A stretch of 46,454 nt of DNA from Candidatus Doudnabacteria bacterium (GTDB taxonomy: Bacteria > Patescibacteriota > Doudnabacteria > UBA920 > 2-01-FULL-46-14): the NCBI GenBank assembly GCA_023246055.1, contig JAHFJD010000002.1, forward strand, positions 1 through 46,454. Reading direction: 5' to 3'. The first letter of the stretch is position 1, and each line of letters opens with the position of its first letter. The position numbers and the translations under genes were made by a program. The notes beneath the pieces are model-generated. The model was given only the letters and a program-made list of their open reading frames with translations. It was not told where the DNA came from and did not search any database. Positions 25,493 to 34,002 of the stretch are shown here, piece after piece.

Positions 25493-28400
25493 TATGACGA
25501 AATTAATTATTCTCCCTGGCACATAGATGAATTTGCCAATTTTCTTGCCGGCAAGGTGTTTCGCAATCACAGGATCGCCTTCCGATGTCTTTCTTGCATC
25601 GGCTTCCGTAGCATTGATATCCAACTGCACCGTCCCGCGTACTCGCCCATTGACCTGCACCGCAATTTTTACAAACTCATCTTTCATAAAGGCAGGATCA
25701 TATTCTGGCCACGGTTCGAGGTGAACCGATGTTTTGTGTCCAAGCTCACTCCACAATTCTTCGGCAACATGCGGTGCAAACGGAGCGAGGAGCTTCAACA
25801 ATATTTCTGCCTCAACGTTACCGGCGGGTGAATTATCTAATTCATTTGCCAAAATCATCAGTGCTGACACAGCAGTGTTGAATCTATAATTTTCAATATC
25901 TTCTGTAACCTTCTTGATTGTCTTGTGCAGTATTGTTTGAAGTTTAGAATTTGGAATTTCTTTTGAAATTTGAAATTTGAAATTTGAAATTCGGTATACC
26001 TTCTCCAACAATCTCCGGACGCCGATTATCCCGCGTGAATTCCAGCTCACTGTTTGGTCGTGGGGTCCCAAAAATAGCTCATACATGCGCAAAGTGTCTG
26101 CTCCGTAAAGCTTAACTATTTCGTCAGGGTTTACTACATTACCCCGACTTTTGCTCATTTTCTCACCATCCTCAGCCAGGATGATCCCATGCGGCACGCG
26201 TTTGGTGTAAGGCTCGGCGACTGGCACGATTCCCTGATCATACAAAAATAAATTCCAAAATCGCGAATACAATAAATGCAGAGTCGTATGTTCCATGCCG
26301 CCGAAATAAATATCCACTGGCAGCCAATGTTTCAGAAGCTTCCCATCAGCCAATTTAATCTTATTATCAGGATCAGTGTACCGGAGATAATACCAAGAAC
26401 TGCCAGCCCACTGCGGCATAGTGTTGGTTTCTCGCTTGGCCTGCCCGCCACAGTTCGGGCATTTCACACTCACCCACTTGTCTATTGCAGCCAGCGGAGA
26501 CTCCCCGGTTCCTGTCGGCTCGTATTTTTTCACATTGGGAAGCTTTACCGGCAAATCTTTTTCTGGCACTGGCACTGTCCCGCATGACGGGCAATGAATA
26601 ATCGGTATGGGTTCGCCCCAGTATCTCTGCCGCGAAAACACCCAATCACGGAGTTTATATTGGATTTTTTTAATCCCGTTTACAAGTTCAATTATTTCCC
26701 ATTTCGCCTTTTCCGAATCCATGCCATTGAATTTAGAGGAATTTATCAATGCACCATCACCTGAATAACAAATTAAGCCTTTATAATGGGGGTTATGGGC
26801 AAGCATATCCCAAACACTTTTTTTACTTCTAATCAAGGGCTCCCACTCTGTAAACTTTTTAAACCATTCTTCAGCACGTTCTAAAAAGTTTTTATGAACT
26901 TTATTTTTCATTACTAAAATATTCTCATTCCCAATAATCTCAACCCAGGCGTTATCTTTGATATGCTTCTGCACCAAGTTCACGAATTCATTAATTTGAT
27001 CTTTTTTTAATTCTACCCTGATATGTTCGCGGCCATTTGTGGGACTGGCAGCCAACGTAAAATTTATTCCTTTATTCTGTAATTGCTTTTTAAATTCATC
27101 ACTACCCTCTAAAGTCACAGTAACAACAATTGCTTTCCAAATGTTTCGCGGAGCTATCACTGGCCTAATAAGTAAACCGTATTTAATAGCAAATTCAAAA
27201 TCCCGCTCGTCATGCGCTGGCACGGCCATGATCGCACCAGTGCCATAGCCCATCAAAACATAATCAGCAACCCAAATCGGTATTTTTTCGCGAGTAGCAG
27301 GATTGATCGCCTTTACACCTTTCAATTCCACACCAGTCTTTTCTTTCTCAAGCGCTGACCTCTGAATATCAGTTTTCCTCTTCGCTTCTTCGACGTATTT
27401 CTCAATCTCTTTGATATTTGTAATTTGAGATTTGAAATTTTGTAACAGCGGATGCTCCGGTGCCAGGACCACATACGTCGCACCAAATATCGTGTCAGGA
27501 CGGGTAGTGAACACTTTGATGGCTTGCCCCTCTCCCCAGGCCTGGGGAGAGGTTGGGAGAGAGGTCGCTCTCAACAACGTTTCCAGAACAGCCGGTTCCT
27601 CTTTCCCACTCATATGTGGCTCGCTACCATTAACTCTGTTCAAATTAACACCTAATTTACGGGCAAAAGCTTCTCCGTCGGACATTGGCACGACATAATC
27701 CCTCGAATCATAGAGCAATGTAAATCTCTGCGCATTGCGTTTGATTTTTTCAAAATCAAAGCCTTTTTTGCAAGCCGTGGTAACCGAAGCACGAACTTTT
27801 TCGTCTAAAAACTTTCCTGAAAACGGAGTACATAACAATACTACCCCTTTGGCTTTCATCCCTCTTTCCAACAAACGCAATGCTACCACGCCGCCAAATG
27901 AATGACCGACTATGACTGTATTCTCATTAATATTACAATTATTAATAACAAATTGTGCTTGTTCTTCATCGTTTGGTTCCGAAGAGTTCGGCAGACTGGG
28001 CATTTGGACTCTGTGACGCAATTTTTCCAATTCAAACTTTAACCATGGAAAAAGATGACTGCTTGGAGAGCCGTTCCGGCCATGCAAGATCAAAAAGTTA
28101 GGATTTGTCATCCCGGGCTTGACCCGGGATCCAGAATCCGAATCCTGGATTCCCGCCTGCGCGGGAATGACAGATAACAGGAACTCTATCTCCGCTCCCT
28201 CGCTCTTGCCAATCCAGTTTTCCTGCTGGAGTTTGACTTGTGACGGCCACTCGGGAAGTTTTTTTAGACCTTCGAGGAGCTTTTCAGCGTATGCGGTGAT
28301 TTGGAGATACCATTGCCGCAGTTCTTTTTTCTCTACTGGCGTGCCACAGCGTTCGCATTTACCGTCAATGACTTCTTCATTCGCAAGACCAGTTTTGTCC

Positions 28401-28882
28401 TGCGGACACCAATTGATGAGGCCCGTGGCTTCGTACGCAAGTCCGGCTTTGAAAAACTGCAAAAAAATCCACTGCGTCCATTTGTAATATTCAGGATCTG
28501 TGGTATTGATCTCACGCGACCAGTCAAAGCTCATGCCCCAGCTTTGCACTTGTCGCTTGGCATTTTTGATATTCTGCTTCGTGGAAATACTCGGATGCAC
28601 GCCCTTCTTTATGGCAAAATTTTCCGCCGGTAATCCAAACGCATCCCAACCTATTGGAAACATTGTCTCAAAGCCTTTCATGCGCTGGAAACGGGAATAC
28701 ACATCCCCTGCCACGTACGGCCGCAGATGTCCCATATGAAGCCCTTCGCCAGACGGATATGGAAACTCAATCAGAACATATTTTTTGTTATTCTTGGTTT
28801 TATCTTTGGCAATATAAACTTTTTTCTGCTGCCAGAATTTCTGCCATTTCGATTCTATTTTCTTTGGGTCATATTTACTCAT
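25481..28882 (-). CDS. leuS: Leucyl-tRNA synthetase with two large in-frame insertions
   Basis: HMGH (GLHMGHLRPY), KMSKS (KMSKSRGN), TTRPDT editing motif and RDWVFSRQRYWGEPIP. ATG at 28882; an alternative TTG lies at 28906. 1133-1141 aa versus about 800-880 typical. Confidence 0.93.
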   Translation of the reverse strand: MSKYDPKKIESKWQKFWQQKKVYIAKDKTKNNKKYVLIEFPYPSGEGLHMGHLRPYVAGDVYSRFQRMKGFETMFPIGWDAFGLPAENFAIKKGVHPSISTKQNIKNAKRQVQSWGMSFDWSREINTTDPEYYKWTQWIFLQFFKAGLAYEATGLINWCPQDKTGLANEEVIDGKCERCGTPVEKKELRQWYLQITAYAEKLLEGLKKLPEWPSQVKLQQENWIGKSEGAEIEFLLSVIPAQAGIQDSDSGSRVKPGMTNPNFLILHGRNGSPSSHLFPWLKFELEKLRHRVQMPSLPNSSEPNDEEQAQFVINNCNINENTVIVGHSFGGVVALRLLERGMKAKGVVLLCTPFSGKFLDEKVRASVTTACKKGFDFEKIKRNAQRFTLLYDSRDYVVPMSDGEAFARKLGVNLNRVNGSEPHMSGKEEPAVLETLLRATSLPTSPQAWGEGQAIKVFTTRPDTIFGATYVVLAPEHPLLQNFKSQITNIKEIEKYVEEAKRKTDIQRSALEKEKTGVELKGVKAINPATREKIPIWVADYVLMGYGTGAIMAVPAHDERDFEFAIKYGLLIRPVIAPRNIWKAIVVTVTLEGSDEFKKQLQNKGINFTLAASPTNGREHIRVELKKDQINEFVNLVQKHIKDNAWVEIIGNENILVMKNKVHKNFLERAEEWFKKFTEWEPLIRSKKSVWDMLAHNPHYKGLICYSGDGALINSSKFNGMDSEKAKWEIIELVNGIKKIQYKLRDWVFSRQRYWGEPIPIIHCPSCGTVPVPEKDLPVKLPNVKKYEPTGTGESPLAAIDKWVSVKCPNCGGQAKRETNTMPQWAGSSWYYLRYTDPDNKIKLADGKLLKHWLPVDIYFGGMEHTTLHLLYSRFWNLFLYDQGIVPVAEPYTKRVPHGIILAEDGEKMSKSRGNVVNPDEIVKLYGADTLRMYELFLGPHDQTVSWNSRGIIGVRRLLEKVYRISNFKFQISKEIPNSKLQTILHKTIKKVTEDIENYRFNTAVSALMILANELDNSPAGNVEAEILLKLLAPFAPHVAEELWSELGHKTSVHLEPWPEYDPAFMKDEFVKIAVQVNGRVRGTVQLDINATEADARKTSEGDPVIAKHLAGKKIGKFIYVPGRIINFVINAD
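25964..25991. repeat. 4 x 7-bp perfect tandem repeat TGAAATT inside the leuS CDS
   Basis: tgaaatt repeated four times, translated (minus strand) as ISNFKFQIS. The unit length is not a multiple of 3. Confidence 0.9.
27527..27565. repeat. PE-1 element at the C-terminal junction of the hydrolase insert
   Basis: cccctctcccc-aggcct-ggggagag-gttgggagagagg, translated as LPTSPQAWGEG. Confidence 0.8.
28107..28171. repeat. PE-2 element (65-bp double palindrome) at the N-terminal junction of the hydrolase insert
   Basis: gtcatcccgggcttgacccgggatccagaatccgaatcctggattcccgcctgcgcgggaatgac, translated as SVIPAQAGIQDSDSGSRVKPGM. Confidence 0.85.
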
Positions 28883-28935
28883 CGACTTGATTATTTTAGC
28901 AAACAACGTAAAATATTGGAATCAGAGGAGGAACC

Positions 28936-29211
28936 ATGCATGAACTTACTCCGATACAGTCGAAGCTCATAGAATTGATTGACCAGAGAGTAGAGAGATG
29001 CTTGAACACAGATCGTGGAATTTTGAGTCTTCACGAACGCCTCAACAAGACAGGCTTGAGTATCGCGACTGTGCATACGAGATATATCGTTCAGGATTTG
29101 CTGCCTGCAGCACGTGAAAGGTGTTTCTTGGTTGATCCTAAGGGAATGATTGAAAAAGTAAATCCCGATGAAGCTGAAGCGCGACAGCTGTTCAACATCA
29201 CCCTGAAATAA
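28936..29211 (+). CDS. Hypothetical protein (91 aa, possibly wHTH-like)
   Basis: ATG after GAGGAGGAA and followed by a terminator. It is divergent from leuS. Confidence 0.5.
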   Translation: MHELTPIQSKLIELIDQRVERCLNTDRGILSLHERLNKTGLSIATVHTRYIVQDLLPAARERCFLVDPKGMIEKVNPDEAEARQLFNITLK

Positions 29212-29229
29212 CCAGGCTGAACGCGCTAC

Positions 29230-29259
29230 GCCAGCTCCTCCCGAAGCTGGCCTTTTTTT
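29230..29259 (+). terminator. Rho-independent terminator
   Basis: gccagct-cctcccga-agctggc followed by cttttttt. Confidence 0.7.
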
Positions 29260-30145
29260 AAATTCGAAAAAGCTTGCGGGCGTTGGCAGTGGTGACTTCT
29301 TCTACCTCCGACAAAGCGACACCCTTCATTTCTGCCAATTTTTCTGCCACAAATTTCACGAATACTGGTTCATTGCGCTTGCCGCGGTGCGGCAGGGGCG
29401 CGAGATACGGAGCGTCAGTCTCAAGAATAGTAGATTCGAGCGGCACACTTTTTACAACCTCGTCGCTTCTCCCAGTCTTGTCAAAAGTAATGATCCCATT
29501 GAGAGCAATGTATCCGCCTCGTTTGACAAACTCTTGTGCGATTGCGGTATTGCCAGTGAAGCAGTGGATTTCAAAACCATCACCTCCCACCCCCGCTTTT
29601 TCTCCCCCTCGGGCAGGGGGAGAAACTAAATAGTTATCGTCAAGAATTCGTAGGACATCCTCATACGCGTCCATTGTTCCTTCGCTCGGACGGCAGTGGA
29701 TCATGAGCGGCTTGCCAACCTGCTTCGCAAGTTCTATGTGCGCTATCATCACTCGCTTTTGATGCTCTTTGATTGCGGTCTCGTCCGCTCCTGCAGGAAG
29801 GCGAAAATAGTCCAAACCAAACTCGCCTATGGACACTACTTTGGTGGATTTCGCTACAAGATCAGCATATGCACCAGGGTCAAATTCTTCCTCACTGCTA
29901 TTGAACGACGCTCCCTCTTCCTGTAGATCGACATGGTGTTCAAATAAATGGATCGGGTGCAGAGCGACGGCTGCATACACACCATCAGAATAATTTTCCG
30001 CGAGCTCTACTGCCGCCCGCGAAGTTTCAAATTTTGTTCCTGCATTAATCATCCACACACCGCTCTCTAGTGCGCGTTTTATAACATCGTCAGCATCCTT
30101 GGAGAACGCCTGGAAATTGACGTGAGTATGGGTGTCAACGAGCAT
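29258..30145 (-). CDS. TatD-family metal-dependent hydrolase
   Basis: MLVDTHTHVNF with His/Asp motifs of the TatD family. Carries an in-frame PE-1 insertion. Confidence 0.85.
   Translation of the reverse strand: MLVDTHTHVNFQAFSKDADDVIKRALESGVWMINAGTKFETSRAAVELAENYSDGVYAAVALHPIHLFEHHVDLQEEGASFNSSEEEFDPGAYADLVAKSTKVVSIGEFGLDYFRLPAGADETAIKEHQKRVMIAHIELAKQVGKPLMIHCRPSEGTMDAYEDVLRILDDNYLVSPPARGGEKAGVGGDGFEIHCFTGNTAIAQEFVKRGGYIALNGIITFDKTGRSDEVVKSVPLESTILETDAPYLAPLPHRGKRNEPVFVKFVAEKLAEMKGVALSEVEEVTTANARKLFRI
29600..29624. repeat. PE-1 element inside the tatD-like gene (tail on the opposite side)
   Basis: ttctccccc-tcgggca-gggggagaa with a C-rich tail cctcccaccccc upstream. Translated as VSPPARGGEKAGVGG. 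Confidence 0.75.
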
Positions 30146-31572
30146 TATTTCAATCTTGGGAAAAGGGGCTCGGCCTTCACGATACGCTCGGCAGACAGCG
30201 CAGATCTGATAGTCTCCGCGGTTTCAGGCATAAACGGCGCAAGCTTCTTGGCTATTTCGTAAAGCAGAGCCGCGAGGTTATCAATCACTTCGGTGAACAA
30301 TTTGACATCGGTCTTGGCAGTCTCCCAGGGTTTAGTGTCGTCAATATATTTATTGGCCCAGGCAATTTCTTCCCATATCCGCGCCAACGCCTCATGAAAA
30401 CGAAGATTCTGAATCATCACATTGACCTCATCAAACTCCCGCGGCGAAGCTTTTTTTTCCCCTATCTCCCCATCAAGGTTTTGAGCGATAAGCGTGGTCA
30501 GCCTAGAAAACAGATTCCCCAGCCCGTTGGCGAGATCACCCTCGTAACGAGCCTCCAATTTTTTCACGGAAAAATCCCCGTCCTGACCAAATGGAATCTC
30601 CCGAAGCAGGAAATATCGCACCGCGTCTGTGCCATATTTTTCCGCAAGCTCCACCGGATCAATCGCATTGCCTAGGGATTTGCTGATCTTTTGCCCATCA
30701 ATCGTAAAAAAACCGTGCGCGAAAACTTTTTTGGGCCAGGGCAGACCGGCAGCTTCCAAAAGCGCCGGCCAGATCACGCAGTGAAATTTGATGATATCCT
30801 TGCCGACGATATGCAAATCAGCCGGCCAATATTGTTTATACTTCTCTCCGTCGGGATATCCGAGCGCGGAACAATAATTGAAAAGTTCATCGAGCCAAAC
30901 GTAGATAGTTTGCTTTTTGTCCCACGGCAAAGGAATCGCCCATTTCACATGCTGGCGGGAAATCGTTATATCCTCAAGACCCTGATTTAGGAAACTTAAA
31001 ATCTCGTTGCGCCTAGTTTCCGGTTCGATAACAAATTCGTTGCTCGAAATTTTTTGCTTCAGCAAATCTGCGTAATCAGAGAGTTTAAAAAACCAGTTCT
31101 GCTCTTTGACTAGCTCCGGCCGGGTAGCGTGGTCGGGGCATTTGCCCTCTGCGTTTAGGTCCTCGGGTTTCAAAAATGCCTCGTGTCCCACGCAATACAG
31201 GCCCTCATACTGACCTTCGTAAATTTTTCCCGAAGTTTTAAGTTTTTCAAAAAAACTTATGACCGCTGCTTCGTGACGCGACTCTGTGGTCCTTATAAAA
31301 TCATCGGGGGCAACACCGAGAATGCCCCAGGTCAAAGAAAATTTGGCAGAGTTCTCCCGCACAAACTCCTCAACATTTTGCTCGGCCTTTTCAGCGCTCT
31401 GCAATATTTTTGTTCCATGTTCAGCGGTCCCAGTCAAAAAAAAAGTCGGTGTCCCGGAATAGCGATAAAACCGCGCCAAAACGTCCGCAGCGACTGTCGG
31501 ATATGCTGACCCAACATGCGGCTTATCGTTCACATAATAGATAGGTGTGGTGATATAAAATTTATCGGTCAT
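30145..31572 (-). CDS. metG: Methionyl-tRNA synthetase (short form)
   Basis: YYVNDKPHVGSAY (HIGH-like) and KISKSLGN (KMSKS). 475 aa. Confidence 0.93.
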   Translation of the reverse strand: MTDKFYITTPIYYVNDKPHVGSAYPTVAADVLARFYRYSGTPTFFLTGTAEHGTKILQSAEKAEQNVEEFVRENSAKFSLTWGILGVAPDDFIRTTESRHEAAVISFFEKLKTSGKIYEGQYEGLYCVGHEAFLKPEDLNAEGKCPDHATRPELVKEQNWFFKLSDYADLLKQKISSNEFVIEPETRRNEILSFLNQGLEDITISRQHVKWAIPLPWDKKQTIYVWLDELFNYCSALGYPDGEKYKQYWPADLHIVGKDIIKFHCVIWPALLEAAGLPWPKKVFAHGFFTIDGQKISKSLGNAIDPVELAEKYGTDAVRYFLLREIPFGQDGDFSVKKLEARYEGDLANGLGNLFSRLTTLIAQNLDGEIGEKKASPREFDEVNVMIQNLRFHEALARIWEEIAWANKYIDDTKPWETAKTDVKLFTEVIDNLAALLYEIAKKLAPFMPETAETIRSALSAERIVKAEPLFPRLK

Positions 31573-32591
31573 ACTTCACGCTGTTCTCGAAAATCCAGCA
31601 GAAACGCTGTGGTTGCCGCCACGATCGGCACAGCGACAATCATGCCAATTAGTCCCGCTATCTGAAACCCGACCAAAATCGCCAATAAAATTACGAGCGG
31701 GTTAGCCCCCACTGTACGTCCCATAACTTTAGGAACAATAATATAATTTTCCAACTGCTGAACCACGACATAAAGGATTATCACGAACATTGCCAAAGTT
31801 GGTGATTCCGAGAAGGCCACAAACACTGCGGGGATCGCTGAAATAAACGGCCCGAGGTAAGGAATGAGTTCCAAAAAACCAGCCAAGAGCGCGAGCGCCA
31901 GTGCGTATTTTACGCCTAATAAATACAGTCCCGCAAAAGTCATAGCAAAGATCATCACGGACAATACCAATTGACCGAGTAGCCAATAACCAAGGCTCTT
32001 CTGAATCTTGTCGGTAAGATTCATGGCGTATGCGCGGTGTTTGTAGGGAACTAACGAGCGGATAAAATTTTTCATGCCGTTTTCGGAGGAGATGAGATAA
32101 AAAGTAAACACCAGCACACCCACCGTCTGCACGAGGCTGTTAACGACGCCGAGAGTTTTTTGAAACACATCTGCCGTGAAACCGGAAATACTCTGTCCGA
32201 GAGCTGAGAGACCGCGCGAAAATCCGAGCCCATTTAACACGGCTGTGAGGTAACCTGTTCTAGTATTAATTTTATCCCGCAGATCCTCAACCTGTCCGGA
32301 AATCTGTTTGAATTCTTCCACCATCGGTGGAATCAGAAAATATATCACCAGGCCCAAGAGCCCCAAAAACACGACATACACTAGGATGACTGACAACCCA
32401 CGCGGGAATTTCGCTTTCCCATAAAGCCATTCCACAAGCGGATCCATGGCAGAAGCCAAAATCATTGACACCAAGAGCATGAGCAAGATTTGGCGATTGA
32501 TGTACAGCAAAATCAAAACCAGGCCCACCACTACGATTTTCAAGAGGGTCATGATCGAAATATCGATTCGGAAATTTTGCGGTTCAGCCAT
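31569..32591 (-). CDS. AI-2E family transporter (PerM/UPF0118)
   Basis: 340 aa with about 8 TM helices and the typical IIVPKVMG motif region. Confidence 0.75.
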   Translation of the reverse strand: MAEPQNFRIDISIMTLLKIVVVGLVLILLYINRQILLMLLVSMILASAMDPLVEWLYGKAKFPRGLSVILVYVVFLGLLGLVIYFLIPPMVEEFKQISGQVEDLRDKINTRTGYLTAVLNGLGFSRGLSALGQSISGFTADVFQKTLGVVNSLVQTVGVLVFTFYLISSENGMKNFIRSLVPYKHRAYAMNLTDKIQKSLGYWLLGQLVLSVMIFAMTFAGLYLLGVKYALALALLAGFLELIPYLGPFISAIPAVFVAFSESPTLAMFVIILYVVVQQLENYIIVPKVMGRTVGANPLVILLAILVGFQIAGLIGMIVAVPIVAATTAFLLDFREQREV

Positions 32592-32638
32592 GCTTGTAGA
32601 ATATCAAAAAATGCTGGAATTCGCCAATCTTAAACGTT

Positions 32639-33901
32639 TTAAACACGTAGCAATTCTCTAATCTCTTTTTCCCGGCCAGCGCCGACAATAGCCAAGTTGA
32701 GCTTGTGATTTCGGAAAATTTCGCGAGCGATTTTTTGCACAGTGCGAGCGGTGACACGATCGACAGCGGCAAAGGCCTCGTCTGGCTCAAGTACACGGTG
32801 GCGGAAAGCCAGCTGGTCGAGATACCAGCCCAAGAGACTCTCGCTCTCCTCCAGAGACAATGTGAGTGTGCCTTTGATATACTCTTTGGCTTTTTTTAGC
32901 TCCCGCTCCGGGACCGGGACATCTTTGATTTTCTGCAGTTCTGCGAGAATCACTCTTATCGATTCGTTTAGGGATCCTTGCCTCACGCCGGCCTGGATCA
33001 CGAACAATCCCGTGTCCTGATAATTTGAACCAGCGGCTTTTACGTAATATGCGAGTCCCCGTTTTTCGCGAATCTCGTCAAACAAACGCGAGCTCATACC
33101 CCCGCCGAGAATCGTCGCGAGGACCAGCTGCGCTATGTAACTCGGGTGGTTATACTCATAAGAGCGAAATCCAACGGCCAAATGCAGTTGCTCAGTTTTT
33201 TTCTGTTCGAGCCGCAGGTTAGGCAAACTTTGTTTCTCCAGCGCCTTCTGCCAGTGCGGGACCCGATGATTTTTAACACCGCTCCATTGCTGGTGAATCA
33301 TTTTGTCGAGCTCCCGCTCGTCGTAAGCTCCGGAGATTGCCAAAATCATATTCTGCGGTTGATAAAAAGTATTTACGTAATCAAGAATATCTTTGCGACT
33401 GATCTTTCTGATCACTTGTTTGGTGCCAGCGATGTTCCGCCCCAAAGGCTGGTTCGGCCACATTGTTTCCTCAAGCACATCTTCAACGTGGCGCATTGGG
33501 GTGTCCTCATACATGTTGATTTCCTCAATGATCACGCCTTTTTCCCGCTCGATTTCCGCTTCTGCAAACACTGGGCGCTGCAACATATCGGTGAGCACGT
33601 CAAAAATAAACGGTAAATGCTTTTTGGCGGCTTTGATGTAATACTGGGTATGTTCCTTGCCTGTATTGGCATTGTATTCCGCGCCAATGGCATCGAGCGC
33701 ATGTGAAAGTTCCTGGGCTGTCGGATATTTACTCGAACCTTTAAAAAACAGGTGCTCGAGGAAATGCGAAATGCCGTTTATACGCGCTAACTCATGGCGC
33801 GAGCCAACCTTCACAAACATATCCACGAGCACAGATTTGGCTCCGCGAATCGGAACTTTGAGTACAGTCAGACCGTTTTTTAAGATGTGCTTTTTATACA
33901 T
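32639..33901 (-). CDS. M16-family (pitrilysin-like) zinc peptidase
   Basis: HFLEH (HxxEH) motif. Start chosen at ATG 33901 (MYKKHILKNGLTV). Confidence 0.85.
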   Translation of the reverse strand: MYKKHILKNGLTVLKVPIRGAKSVLVDMFVKVGSRHELARINGISHFLEHLFFKGSSKYPTAQELSHALDAIGAEYNANTGKEHTQYYIKAAKKHLPFIFDVLTDMLQRPVFAEAEIEREKGVIIEEINMYEDTPMRHVEDVLEETMWPNQPLGRNIAGTKQVIRKISRKDILDYVNTFYQPQNMILAISGAYDERELDKMIHQQWSGVKNHRVPHWQKALEKQSLPNLRLEQKKTEQLHLAVGFRSYEYNHPSYIAQLVLATILGGGMSSRLFDEIREKRGLAYYVKAAGSNYQDTGLFVIQAGVRQGSLNESIRVILAELQKIKDVPVPERELKKAKEYIKGTLTLSLEESESLLGWYLDQLAFRHRVLEPDEAFAAVDRVTARTVQKIAREIFRNHKLNLAIVGAGREKEIRELLRV

Positions 33902-33904
33902 GGG

Positions 33905-34002
33905 GGTAAAATTCAAATGACAAATTCCAAATTTCAAATCAATGCTTTAATAACCAAATGAATAAATTAGGGTTTGATTTGACATTTGAGCTTTGAAATT
34001 TG
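33905..34002. repeat. AT-rich inverted repeat of GAAATTT/CAAATTT units filling the intergenic spacer
   Basis: aaatgacaaattccaaatttcaaatc ... gatttgacatttgagctttgaaatttgtcattt. The motif is related to the leuS internal STR. Confidence 0.75.

Larger units (their letters stand above)
27521..28180 (-). other. In-frame RBBP9/YdeN-type alpha/beta serine hydrolase module within leuS
   Basis: MTNPNFLILHGRNGSPSSHLFPWLK, VIVGHSFGGV (GxSxG), LLYDSRDYVVP and GSEPHMSG. It lies between LeuRS motifs GAEIEF and IKVFTTRPDT. Confidence 0.75.

Noticed and set aside
27521-28180. The insertion in LeuRS could be an intein
   Set aside because: There is no Cys/Ser/Thr at the expected +1 splice junctions, no terminal HN motif and no Hint or homing-endonuclease blocks. 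The insert reads as an alpha/beta hydrolase flanked by repeat elements.
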